Positions 26,239 to 38,903 of a stretch of 64,000 bases of DNA are shown here, in pieces. Both the position numbers and the translations under genes were made by a program. The notes under the pieces are model-generated. The model did not search any database and was not told the origin of the DNA. It saw only the letters and a list, made by a program, of their open reading frames with translations. The stretch's first letter is position 1. Every line of letters begins with the position of its first letter. Location of the stretch: contig NC_068987.1 of assembly GCF_001194135.2 (NCBI RefSeq), positions 49,672,518 to 49,736,517 of the forward strand, in the 5' to 3' direction. This DNA comes from Octopus bimaculoides. Its lineage: Eukaryota.

Positions 26239-27991
26239 TGAGAGAGCCACTTAAACATGCAAAAAAATACATTAGAACACGTACACAAAAAGGTGTACGC
26301 ATATGTATGTACGTATACATAACACCCCTTCACTCGCACACACGTCCATTCATCTTTCACTTTCTCCTCTCTTTCTGAGAGTTAAAACGAAGGTTCGTCA
26401 TACATAGACACACATACACATAATATATATATATATATATATATATTACACACACACACACACACACTTGTATGGAGTAGTCTGACAAAATATATAATGC
26501 AATAGAGAAAAGAATCTTGTAATCACGATATTTTGAGAACGGATCCTCATGCCGGATACGGTGGTAAAGGATTTATTAATGTCAAGTGCGAATTATTAAT
26601 GTTAGGTACTCGTTTGTGGGAAAGATGATAGCAAATCTCTAGACTAGTGATCAACGAGAAGGCGAAGAGACTCGATGTAATAAAAGTAGTGGTAAAGAGA
26701 CGTCCATTTTTTGCAAATATCAGTATGTAAATATTAGTGATTGGTCGATAACTAACAAAGTCTAACAATTTACTCGTGTAGCTGAGATACGCACCCTAAC
26801 ATTTTCATAGGTTGTGGTAGATACACGGAAATGTTGAAGAATTCATTAAGGCTATAGACCCGTTAGGAATACAGTGTGGATGATAGTGGACAAGTCAGAT
26901 CGGTACAGCTAAGTGAGGTCAATGACCAAAATTGTTTGTTGCAGTGAGTAAATGTCTACACAAAGTAGCAAGGAGAGTACGTGAATAGGTAAAGATGTTG
27001 GGATGGGTTTTGATTCGCGTGCGCAAAGTGGAAGTAATATTCGAAATTGGAACAATTAAGTTACTTAATTTGTTATGGTAAGCGAAACAAAGGATGGGTC
27101 TATTGTCTTTGATGTACTTGAAATGTTTAGTTATATAGTGTTTCTATGGGTACAACAGGAAACTTCCCCGCTTTAATACAGATATATTGAGTTGGCCAAA
27201 GCACGACATTAGTGACGGTGAAGAAAAAAAAAGTTCCTGTAATTCTTTGGTCATTAGATCAACATTAGCAGTTTAAATAAGTGAACTTTTATAGAAAAGA
27301 GAAATATAAATGCAAGTTAGGTAAAAACCTCTTAGAATCAGTACTCTTGATAAGCCTTTTATCAGTAAGAGTACGTTGTACACCAATTTAAACCATGATG
27401 GTTACTAAAATGGTTATATGAAGAGGTCCTTTTCACCCATCTAACTTTATTGGGGTTCAGCAACGGCCGTGTAAAATATGGGACGGTTTCTGATCGTACC
27501 TTGCATAAACAGCGTAAAGTAAATTCCTATAGTTGAAATATGCATTACATTAAAAGAAAAATTACCGTTCAACAAGTCTTCGTATATAACACTGAACGGA
27601 CTTCCACTAGAAAATGAACTCGGAACACCCATAACGATTAATATTCTAAAATATTGAACAATGTTGAATGATCGTAATTGTTCTCCGTGTGTGTAAATTT
27701 AAAAGAAAAAAAAAAAGACACATTGACTTTATTTGAATTAGATTAGACAAAACATTTTAAAACCGTTTATAAAAAGAATAAATTTCCAAAACATTGAACG
27801 GAAATAGATACCAAAACTTATTCGGATCATTTCTTATCAATGAGATTTAATCGTTAACCGTCGCCTAAACACTATGTTTAATATTGATACGAAACATTAT
27901 TGAAATAGAAAATAACAAGGTCGGTGATGAGCGTTAAAAGCTAGATTAGGTTTACTATGAGGAGTTCTTTGCGATTACAATTTCGCTTTAG

Positions 27992-28934
27992 TTAACTTCG
28001 AGCGTTCAAACCCGGTGAAAACAGCCGTCTCGGAAAAACAACCGATTTCTCAATGATTGAAGGTTTTGTTTGAGTGCAAATGCAACGGGTTATTGTGTTT
28101 TCAATGTCAAAGATTTCTTTAATTGAACAATTTGGCAACTGTTCACTAAATTCCAATTTGTTGTAGTCGTTTTCATTTTTGTTCACACACTGAGATTCTA
28201 ACTGAATTTCTTCATTCTGTTTCAACTTTCCTCCCACTTCTAAAATATTAGTAATACCTATTTCTGTTCTATTGGAGTGAACATTATTTTGGTCGAGTTC
28301 CTCCGTTTGGGATTCATGTATTTTGACCATACTTTTGACACTACACTTCTCAACATCAGTTTCAGTCAAATTTTCGTTATCTGGAGTTTTGTCGGAAGAT
28401 GACCAGATCGCCTGGAACGAAATTTCGGGGGAGTCGTGCCAATCATTTGATACGGAAAGCCCCAGTGATATGGGTTTTCCAATATTTGGGGTAATTTTCA
28501 CATTGTATCCCCAAAAATCTTTCTCTTTTAAGTACAGGATTGGTGCTTTAGAGTCTTTCGTCGCAGACAAAGTTGCATCGGATTCGAGCTTCTTGGGCCA
28601 ACTGGATTCTAAAGGTTCCCATTCTGAAATGGCTACCGGATGTACAACTGGATCGACTTCACTTTTGAATATTTCCCAGAGTTTTTCAGAACGAATTAAC
28701 CACTGGCTTTTCGTTCTAAGAGGTCTCACGATATGATTAATTTCCAGGTGTTGCTGTCTCTGTAAAACATCGAGTAATCTATGAAAATGAGCCATTTCGT
28801 TAATGTTGGATTCATCGCTTTTACTGCTTGTCCGATAACAGGAGTCGGTTTGCCGTAAATGCTTTTTCAACTCTAAAAGATCGTGTCCAAAAAATGATGG
28901 CGGCGTGTGCTTTCCTAGAGGTAACATCAGGCTT
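27992..28934 (-). CDS. Large terminal coding exon of an unidentified protein
   Basis: A 311-aa non-repetitive ORF preceded by a strong acceptor (ttttgttttctctttcag|A). No domain was recognised. Confidence 0.7.
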
Positions 28935-29074
28935 CTGAAAGAGAAAACAAAACTATATTACAAATGCTCGTTATCTTTCAGAGGAATAGTGCTGTAACAG
29001 TCATATTTTTCCTATGCCACCCTAAATCGAGGAATAGTTGATCATTAAAAAAGAGGGGTGGCTAATGCAGTTAC

Positions 29075-29183
29075 ATAGGTTTGCTTTTCGCAGGAGTAAT
29101 CGGCAGGAAGTTTAGATTTAAAAAATCTATTACTGGTGTGAGAGAGAAATGCTTTATACGTAGAATAAAGAGACGAATTGTAG
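29075..29183 (-). CDS. Probable upstream exon of the same unidentified gene (109 nt)
   Basis: tttcttctcgtcag|CT...CCTAT|gtaact. The frame is open (TIRLFILRIKHFSLTPVIDFLNLNFLPITPAKSKPI) and its phase 2 end joins 28934 in frame. Confidence 0.5.
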
Positions 29184-30482
29184 CTGACGAGAAGAAACCG
29201 TTTAATAATAAAAATGAACAAATGAATTACATTTTTTATAATTGCTTTCTTTATTAGCTTTGTTTTGAACATCGGTAAGTTAAAGACTAATGCTTAAATC
29301 ATTCGTAATGTTCTCTGCGGCTAGATAATTCTTCCAGCTTGCGATCTGAAGCTAAGAGATCTCTAGATACAGGAATAAATTGGAGTTTTATAGTCATTTT
29401 CCGATTTTAAAAAATGTTTAAAAACAAACTGGCATTTAATTTATGCGATACTAAGCTGTTAATTTTAGTTAGATCCTTTGCTAATTTAACAAACGCACAA
29501 ACATCGCATTCCTAAGTTTAATCACTTATTCAAGTGTTAGAAATGATATTGAAATTTTAAACAAGGAACATAGTAACATAAACCAAGCTTTGTTTTTTCT
29601 TTTTTCTCACTAAAAGCATTCCTTTGTTTGATGTATATCAATGAAAATAAACCTGCCTGATATATGTGTCACACAGTCTATATTGTCTTCGTATTTTAGT
29701 CCTGGTCACCGGATTTACACACCGCTTATGATGATTGGTATAAAAATTATTGAAGTTAACAGCCTCAGAAACCTTTAAATCTTCAAGTTAGACAAATAAA
29801 AATAGTTATGAATTTTAAGAGTCTGCCTGCTATTTTGCATTTAAATATGAAGTATCTGGAACAGCGTATTACATGAGAAGAAATTAAATTAATTCTCGTT
29901 TCAGAGTTAAACTATTAGATTCGTTCAGGTATGGAGTCAGGTTCAATATCTGCCTTTTGATATGGAAATAAACAGAAAATTCATTATTTCTTATTGTTTG
30001 TCACAAAATCAGATTTTTTTATTCAACCATGAGAGGGCGATGAATTGACAGAATCGTTAGAGCGTCGGACAAAAGGCTTTGCGGTATTCATTCTGACATT
30101 TTACGTTCTGGATTCAAAACCTGCGAAGATGAACTTTGACCTCAATCCTTTCGGCAAAATAAAGAACCAGTTAAATCCCGAGGTCGATGGTGCCGACTAA
30201 TCCACTCCTCTCAAAATAGCTGGCCTAGTGTGTGTAGTATTACTAGTAAATAGTTATTGCCGACTAACAACATTTTGTGGGCTGCATGTTATGTTCGTAA
30301 TGATCTCACTAATACTTAGTTTCCGTTGATACAAGTTATATCAAACCCGGAACATAAACATTTACATATGTTCAACAGTTGGATAACTAGAACAACATTC
30401 AAAAAATATCCAGTGAAATAGTTGAAAGTTTTCTGTATAAGATACTATGCTATAAAATTATATGAAAGTAGTTCATAGTTAC

Positions 30483-30543
30483 TAGTGCATGATTCGGCCT
30501 TCAACCCAAGGTCGGTACCGTTTGCCGAACATGACAAAAACAT
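30483..30543 (-). CDS. Possible first coding exon of the unidentified gene
   Basis: ATG after an upstream in-frame stop; MFLSCSANGTDLGLKAESCT then A|gtaact. Phase 1 matches the 29183 acceptor, but the donor is weak. Confidence 0.3.
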
Positions 30544-31139
30544 TTTAAGGGAAAAGTAGAACGCGGTGGGAGATCACTTCATGGAGCAGAGAGACATGGC
30601 TCCGTGCAGACTGCTGAATGGCTCTGCCTGGGTTTCAATTCGCCAGTTTCTTATAACCCAACGAGGTTTTTCTTGAAAGTTCGACCAGACTATTTGGCCA
30701 GAATGATTGGTCAAGCCATATTCACCTTTAATGGCGATACAATTAACTTATAGGAAAGTTCGTTATACATCATTAGATGTATACCTGACTTTCCTATATA
30801 AAATTAGAAATATAACGGAACGCTGAACTCCAGACTACCAACTTAAACAACATTTATTCAGGTGGTAAATATATACATCTTTAGCTCTTGTTTGTTGTTA
30901 CAGCTTCTGTGTGTGTGAGCATAGTTGTTAGGACGTTGGTATGTAGATGTAAGCGAGCTGTCGAGTGTAAGTCCGAAAGATGGAGAGTGACAGCTAAACA
31001 CGTCCATGCTCTATTGCTGGCCAGCAAGAGAGAGACTGTCTCCAGGTTGGAATGTTGGAGACACTGCTTGACACGTGCATGCTCATGGCCGGCCGACCGA
31101 GAAAGAGATAGAATAGAAGCGGGAACGCTTGGTTGTTTA

Positions 31140-31200
31140 ATTCCACGCATGCGTGAGACTACGCATGCGCACGGTGTTACTACAAACTTTTCGTAACTAG
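31140..31200. promoter_or_regulatory. Candidate promoter with two NRF1-like GCATGC palindromes
   Basis: CACGCATGCGTG (31144-31155) and ACTACGCATGCGC (31158-31170) lie in a CpG-retaining stretch upstream of the minus-strand gene. Confidence 0.45.
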
Positions 31201-31479
31201 CTTTGCCTTTCATCACAGCATAGTAGGCCATGGTCTTGAACTGGGTAACTTGAGCCTCGCTACACTGGCACTGTGACTCAATCAGAATCAATATTACTGA
31301 AACCAGGAAGATGAAAATTATGGTTGGTCTTCAATGAATTGAATTGCCTAATGGTGGGAGAAGCTGCTACTACTACTACAGAAAGGTGTGTGGTGGGGGG
31401 GTACTCATTCCTCTTTCGGCTATTAATGTTCTGGAACGAAACCAGCAATTATGGAAGAAGAGGCCGGTCGATACCATAG

Positions 31480-33360
31480 TAATTGACTCCAGTACTTTAG
31501 TGGTGTTTTACAGACACCGAAAGGATAAAAGGTAAAGTTGATCTCAGCGGGATTTAAAACTCAAAATACAAAGAGCCGGAAGAAATACCGTTTAGCATTT
31601 TGTCCAATGCTTTAATGATTCTGCCAGCTCGCCGCCCTCCAAAGGCTGTTGATAATTGTTTCAAATTTTAACACAAGACCAGTCATTTTAGAGGGGACTG
31701 AGTTGATTACATCTGCCTCAAGGCTTAACTGATACTTTATTTTATCGACCCCGAAAGGATAAAAGGCAAAATCGACCATGGCGGAATTTGAGCTCAGAAC
31801 GTAGAGTAGGAAGAAATGCCGATAAGCATTTTGTTCTGCGCGGTAACATTCTGCCAGCTCACCGCATCCCCTTTAGGCTATTAATGATGACCAGAATTCG
31901 CTGTCAACAGAAATCAACATGTCCAAATGACGTTATTATTGTTGGCTGTAGAGATGTTTGAGTCTTCTTTGGACCATTCTGTAATGAGACTGATTTATTG
32001 TGAGGAACAAGAGTTAATGCTGAGTGTTAAATTATCTTAAAATTTATTCTCGTTAATACGAGTGCGTGCTGAAAAGTTCCTGACTTTGGATAAAAGAAAA
32101 GATAGGAGGTTCAATTAGCTATGATTTTATTCAACATATTCGACTCTCAGATTCATACACTTATTGCAGCGGTCCTTCACCTTTTCTAAGCCCTGTAGAA
32201 AAACTGGGAAGGTTGAGCCTCCAACTAGACCTTTCGTGACACCCTTAAAGCCAGGAACTTTTCAGTACCCCCTCGTATAATTCAAACCATTATAAATCAG
32301 AAAGCTCATAAAATATACCAAACTGGAAAATTCAATCAAAATTACTCAACAAAGATGAAAATATATATCGCGTGTGTGTCTATAGACTGTGAGACGCGTT
32401 TAGAATGAAGATGAGTAAGAGAATTATTATTTAACCGCGTTGCAGACGATCAAAAGAAAGTCTGAGGGGAGGCAAGACAATCTCTACAAAGAATCCAGAT
32501 TCCAGAGGCGATTAAATTGTGGTAAAAGGGAAAAAACAGCTTTTAGAATGTTTGATAGCCTTTTCACGTATAAACGTACTGATATTGGCCACGCCTTTGC
32601 AGGGGCAACGCCACAAGCGCAGTTGCCAAGAGCACAAAGTTCTTAGTGTTGCAAAATTTCAAAAGAAAAACAAAAAAGGTAATAATATTAATATTGGTTT
32701 CAAATTTTGGTACAAGGCCAGCAGTTTCGGGAAAGGAGGTAAATCGATTACATCAACCCCAATGCTCAACAGGTACTTATCAAAAGTTTTGAGGGAGATG
32801 TACTCGTCGATAGCATCTATCCCAGCACTTGATCCTTCATTTATTATCTACAGCCGAAGGGACGAAAGGCAAGCGGGTCTCGGCGAGAATTGAACACAAA
32901 ACGTAGAGCCGGAAGAAATGCCTCTAAGTATTTTGTCCGATGTGCTAACAATTCTGTCAGTTTACTGCTTTATGATATTTTAGACTTTAGCACAAAGCCA
33001 GCAATTTTAGGGAAAGCGGGCTTAGTCGATTACTTAACTGATACTTTATTTTATCGGCCCTGATGGGATGAAATGCAAAGTTGACTTCGTATGATTTGAA
33101 CTCAGAATGTAAAGAATTGGAACAAATACACGAGCCTTCTTTCTTTCTTTTTTCTTTTGTCGATGCTCTAACGATTCTACCTCTCCACCGTCACTTAAAA
33201 CTACCGTTCCCACCCCACAAGTCTATCCCAGTATGTGTGTGTGCGCGCGCGTTTATTTTGTTGGGGAGTACTTATGTTTATCGACTCCGGAAGGATGAAA
33301 GATAAAGTGGGTAGGATTTGAACTTAGGACGTAAAGCACTGTAATTAGATACCGTTTGGA
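31480..33360 (-). mobile_element. Cluster of about 5 decayed family-B SINE copies
   Basis: TTTATCGACCCCGAAAGGAT...AAAGTCGAC and TTCTGCCAGCTCGCCGCC blocks recur at about 31480-31640, 31660-31866, 32690-32970, 32990-33190 and 33240-33355. Confidence 0.75.
32059..32275. mobile_element. Mariner-type MITE
   Basis: CGAGTGCGTGCTGAAAAGTTCCTG / CAGGAACTTTTCAGTACCCCCTCG with TA flanks. Confidence 0.75.
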
Positions 33361-33894
33361 AATGATTAAGTATTTTCAAAGGGAAGAGAAATACAAAAGC
33401 CATTTTAAGTTTAATTAAATACTATTTATCAATATGTAATTGTCATCATTATCAATGACAGGAATTACATTACTGATAGGCAAATTTTCGATTCCTCCAT
33501 TAAAAAATTCTGCGTAAGCAATGGTGAATATGTTGTGAATTAGAATTATTGCGTGGCTGTTCATCCTATTTTTTTTTTCTAGATGTTCTCATATTAGGTA
33601 AGGATATTAGGTTGCCTATGTTGACAATAACCACGCTAAGACTCGTTTGAGTTTCCAAATACATCGCACCATATGACAGCTGAAACATGTGTAAACATGT
33701 ATGAACATGTTGAAATATGACAAACAATGTGAATATTGTTATAAATAAAAGATGTTTATTTTACAACGCTTACAAATATTATGATTTTGAATAACTTCTG
33801 ATCCAAGTGAGCATGTTTTGTTTTGTTTTTCCATCAGAGGTTAAAATATTTGTTACGTATGTGACATGTAATCACTTAAGTTGGTGAAGTCGTG

Positions 33895-34724
33895 GGATCT
33901 TTACCTTTTGAACGGCACATCGAGAAATTAATTTTTTGTAACTAAACACTTTCAAACTTCGGACACTGGTAGAATGTGTCATATAAAACATCTTTTACTC
34001 TTAGTGCTGTTGAGAAAAGTTTATATTTTCAAAGTTATTTCGTGTTAAAGTTGTCGTTTTTCGGTAATTTCAACCAATCAATGAACGTGTATTCAGCTGA
34101 ATAAAATTACTGCTGTTGTTTGTCAACAACAACTATCGGCGGTGTATATTTCGTTTGTCACTGTTATTTATGACATATTTCATCTCAGTTACGTTTGTAT
34201 GAATAAACGAGTGTATCTGAAGCATGTTTACTTCATGGCACCACCACAATCGTTCGTGCATTTCTACAGCTTTTATTTTTTTTTCCCCTGTTTTTCAGCT
34301 ACTGTTTTCGGAAAGATATTTTTGCCCCACTCCCGCTCCAATTTCTTCATTTTTCACATTTTTCCGTAACTCTAACCCTAACCCTAAAACCTGAGCCCTA
34401 ACCCTAAAACCCTAAAGCTAAAACCAGTACAAACGCACGAACGATGTCATAAATAACAGTGACAAACGAAATATACACCGCCGATAGTTGTTGTTGACAA
34501 ACAACGGCAGTAATTTTATTCAGCTGAATACACGTCATTGATTGGTTGAAATTACTGAAATACGACAACTTTAACACGAAATGACTTTGAAGATATAAAC
34601 TTTTCTCAACAACACTAAGAGTAAAAGATGTTTTATATGACACATTCTACCAGTGTCCCAAGTTTGAAAGTGTTTAGTTACAAAATATGAATTTCTCGAT
34701 GTGCCGTTCAAAGGGAAAAGATCC
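33895..34724. mobile_element. Non-autonomous TIR element (probable Merlin), 8-bp TSD, long inverted arms, internal CCCTAA repeats
   Basis: GGATCTTTACCTTTTGAACGGCACATCGAGAAATT / AATTTCTCGATGTGCCGTTCAAAGGGAAAAGATCC; TSD AAGTCGTG on both sides. Confidence 0.88.
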
Positions 34725-36059
34725 AAGTCGTGTTTAAGTGACGAAGATGAAGGCGAGTGCAGTCCTTGGCTGCCTTGATCGTGGTGACGAAGGAAGATCT
34801 TGTCTGTCGTAGGCGATAAACCCTTGTCTCTTCCTGCTGAAAGCGCCATAATCATAGCCTAATTGTTCTAGAGTTAAAATGTTGTCTTCCCTGTGGTTGT
34901 GTTGGTCGGAAAGAGGGACGCCAACTACTGGGAATTAACTTTCTTGTCTTATAATATAAAGTTAACAAATGAATGATGAAACAGCGGTCGCGAAGATCGA
35001 GCAGAACTTGCAAAAACAGGTTTCTTTCTCCGTTGTAGATAAAACTGTTGGCAATACAAGCAACACCAGTAGAACAAACCGAGATGTACTATAAGCGAAT
35101 CGAAAGGATACTAGGTCAAAATCTAAGCTAAGTTAACCACTTAACACTAAAAACGACACTATAGAAAAGGTGATACACAAGACCTGGACGTAAAAAAATA
35201 TATTGTCGCACCCAAGTTGACATACTAAAATGACCCCCAACTTAATATTCACAACATCCTTCCACTCAGTCAGTATCAATCCCTCCTCTCCCCCTCTCCT
35301 TTTCTTTGTTCTTAACATCTTTAGACAATTAATTGCCCACTCCCATATTTTCGATTTTCGACCTCCTCCTTTTCTATTACTGACCATTTTATCTCTCCAT
35401 ACATGTTTTTTTTTTGTTTTGTTTTTTTGCTCCGTTCTTCCGGCTTCACCACTCATTTTAAATTATATCTCCGGGGAGTTAACTTGGGATCCATTGGCGA
35501 CAATATAACCTTCATTTAATTAAGGTATCTTCGGTCTGGTGAGTAGCTAGTGGGGTACCCCTTATTGAGTAATTATTACTTCCGAGCTTCTGCTAGCTAG
35601 GAAACATATGTACCCTGGCTTTTACTTGCTCCATTCTCTCAAATTAGATTTTTATTCGCATTCATAGCAACCGTAGTTGTTAACCATGAAGTATGATTTT
35701 TTTTTTTTATTTAGCTTATCGAACTTCGATATGGGGAAAAAACCTACAACCTTCGTCAATAAACTATTGTTGTTCCTGAAAGATGTCTTTTGTACCTACG
35801 ACGGACTGTTCGAAGCTTACTAACTTCTTACACATAGATCCTTGGATCTTAATCATTATACATATATGCATACATATGTGTGCGCGCGCAAAATAGGGTC
35901 TTTATATACGAAGATAATCCTTCCCTGTTTGTTAACCAAAGGAAGAACATAAATATATGTACATACAGAATGCGATGGGTAAATTATTGCCATTTTATAT
36001 TTTTAATTACGCGCATGCACATTGTTTTTTTATTTTGTCGACTACACAATATGGTAGGG

Positions 36060-36640
36060 TCAGTTGGGCATCGTCTGTGAGAAAAACAGCACCATGACGC
36101 AATTCACTCCGCCAGAAATTTGGAAACGGCATACTGAACTGCTTGGCATTCGCGCCGGAAGCTCCAATACGAACAGATGGTGAACACACAGTACAACCTT
36201 GGCTTGCTGTGTTCCAAAACATGTACCGAGAATAATAAAAATTAAACATCCACTCAACATCATGGTGTTTGGAGTGATCACTAGTGGTGGCGACGTTATG
36301 CCTCCATTAATCTTCCCACACAGCCTCAGATTCAACACAGAGGCCTACATCAAGTGCCTGGAGGAGGTGGTGCTGTTCTGAGTCAAGAGGGTGGCTGCTA
36401 GAAGACCCTATGTCTGGCAACAGGACTCTGCACCGTACCACACAAGCAGGAGAACCCAGTCATGGCTGTCAGACAATTTCTGCGACAACATCATCCCTAA
36501 CATCTGGCCACCTAACTCCCCAGACTGCAACCCCCTTGATTATTATGTGTGGGGCACAGTTGAGTAAAAGACCAACAAAACTCCTTGTAACACCAAAGAT
36601 GAACTGAAAGCAAGGATTATGGCAGTATTCACCAACTTAA
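36060..36640 (+). mobile_element. Tc1/mariner transposase remnant
   Basis: KHPLNIMVFGVITSGG..., VWQQDSAP and WPPNSPDCNPLDYYVWG; contains in-frame stops. Confidence 0.88.
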
Positions 36641-37042
36641 NNNNNNNNNNNNNNNNNNNNNNNNNNNNNNNNNNNNNNNNNNNNNNNNNNNNNNNNNNNN
36701 NNNNNNNNNNNNNNNNNNNNNNNNNNNNNNNNNNNNNNNNNNNNNNNNNNNNNNNNNNNNNNNNNNNNNNNNNNNNNNNNNNNNNNNNNNNNNNNNNNNN
36801 NNNNNNNNNNNNNNNNNNNNNNNNNNNNNNNNNNNNNNNNNNNNNNNNNNNNNNNNNNNNNNNNNNNNNNNNNNNNNNNNNNNNNNNNNNNNNNNNNNNN
36901 NNNNNNNNNNNNNNNNNNNNNNNNNNNNNNNNNNNNNNNNNNNNNNNNNNNNNNNNNNNNNNNNNNNNNNNNNNNNNNNNNNNNNNNNNNNNNNNNNNNN
37001 NNNNNNNNNNNNNNNNNNNNNNNNNNNNNNNNNNNNNNNNNN

Positions 37043-37300
37043 AGCCTGTCGTATATATGTATATATATATATATATGTATGTGTTTGTGTGTCTGTGTTT
37101 GTCCCCCTAGCATTGCTTGATAACCGATGCTGGTGTGTTTATGTCCCCGTCACTTAGCGGTTCGGCAAAAGAGACCGATAGAATAAGTACTAGGCTTAGA
37201 AAGAATAAGTCCTGGGGTCGAGTTGCTCGAATAGAGGTGGTGCTCCAGCATGGCCGCAGTCAAATGACTGAAACAAGTAAAAGAATAAAAGAATAAAAGA
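37043..37300 (+). mobile_element. SINE family A, 3' half
   Basis: Follows a gap and matches 39030-39262 closely. Confidence 0.85.
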
Positions 37301-38773
37301 ATATCTGTTATGTCAGTGTTATTTTCATTTTTTGCGTAATTTAGGCGACAATATATTCACCGCACCGTTATGCGCGCGCGCCCGTGTATGTGTTTCCCCT
37401 ATGACTTGCTTCTGTTGGTTCTACGTCTCAGCAAAATTATATAAGAACTATCATTGTTTTCGACGTAAAATATGGATATTTCCAAGCTACATGAAATGCG
37501 AAAATGAACATTAGCGAGCCGTTCGTACACTCTCTCCCAACCACTTGTATACGTGTGTTGTCTACTCGTTGTTTGTTTTTCAAATTTCGGATCGTTTGTT
37601 GAGCATTATTTTCTTTAGAAAAATTGTTCGCTATACAATTTGTTCATTTAGCATACCGTTCGTATATGCTACCCCAGTACTTATACGAGTACGTAGTCTA
37701 CCCGTGGTTCGTTGATCGAATTTCAGCTCGTTATACGGATTTAATTTTCTTCAGAAAAGCCGTTCGTTATCAATTTGTTCGTATATGGGTATCCCGATGA
37801 TACATACCATGTACATCTGTATTTATATTAGGTCCTTCTCTACACTGTTGCTCGACTTGCTAGACATATCAACCAAATCAATCCTACGGTCTTAACATAG
37901 AATGGATGCATTTGATAATACAGCTCTAAATAAACTATGTTGAAAAAAACTGAAATGGTTATTACGGTTGGAATGCTTTTCATCATCTTGATCAGGAGCA
38001 AAACAACAAAAAACATTTATGCGATTATTAACTAGATACAAAGATAGCATTACGACGCAATAATTTGCCTTATAAACTGCATAATCATAGAAATTAGTCA
38101 ACAACATTTTTACATCTTCCAAAATCAGTATTATACATTATGAATGCGCAAATAGACTCAACTGGGTTTTTTTAATACGAGATTTAACAATCCAAATCTA
38201 TATTTGGGCATGATGTAACATGTAGAGATGTGACAAGTTGATAATTGCAGTAATGAATTAAAGATAGTTAATCCATACGTATTGCGCATTTTATTCAATC
38301 GTTACGTAGTTAAACAACTGCGACGAGTTGGAGTAAACACAAAAGGTATGACAGTCAGTTTTGCTCGGGAATCTTTTGTTCAGAACTTGTAGTCTACCAG
38401 TAAGTTTTTGGAATATAAATGATGCAAGACTCGGCCGAAAAAAATGTGTGTGTGTGTGTGTAAAAATTAAATCTTAAACTTGCATAATAATAGTAGTCTG
38501 TATGAAAGAAGCAGAAACAATCGAAGCGTTTTTCACAATCTTGCGCAATACGTACCTGCACTGGGGCTGAACTGAAAATAGAATTGAATGGGTTGGCGGC
38601 AAATTTGTGAGGTTAAATATATTTTGAGTGACAATTCCGAGAACAATTGAAACAACCGTGAAGGCCAAGGTCTTCATCCTTGGTTATGAATCCGTTGTAT
38701 ATCTCCTACATGTACCACATGTAGGAATCTCAGACACCGATGTTTCGAGTTTTTTAAAATTTTTATTCTCAAT

Positions 38774-38880
38774 GAGATGTACCTAAGAGATGATTCTTTA
38801 TTACAATAATTATATCATACGCAGAGAGGACAATACAGGACATTACAAACAAATAGTGCGTTTGTGAGTTCTTTTTAAAG
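38774..38880 (+). repeat. ~110-bp direct repeat bracketing the L1/Tx1 element, copy 1
   Basis: GAGATGTACCTAAGAGATGATTCTTTATTACAAT... recurs at 42487-42596. Confidence 0.85.
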
Positions 38881-38903
38881 TGTTTTTTTAAAATATAATG
38901 ATA

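Noticed and set aside
30881-31291. 136-aa minus-strand ORF and overlapping 102-aa plus-strand ORF
   Set aside because: They overlap the GC-rich promoter/5'UTR-like region and have no recognisable protein features. Chance ORFs in higher-GC sequence are more likely.
38474-38677. Signal-peptide-like ORF MKTLAFTVVSIVLGIV with a good donor (CAG|gtacgt)
   Set aside because: No in-phase downstream exon could be identified, and hydrophobic N-termini arise easily by chance in T-rich DNA.
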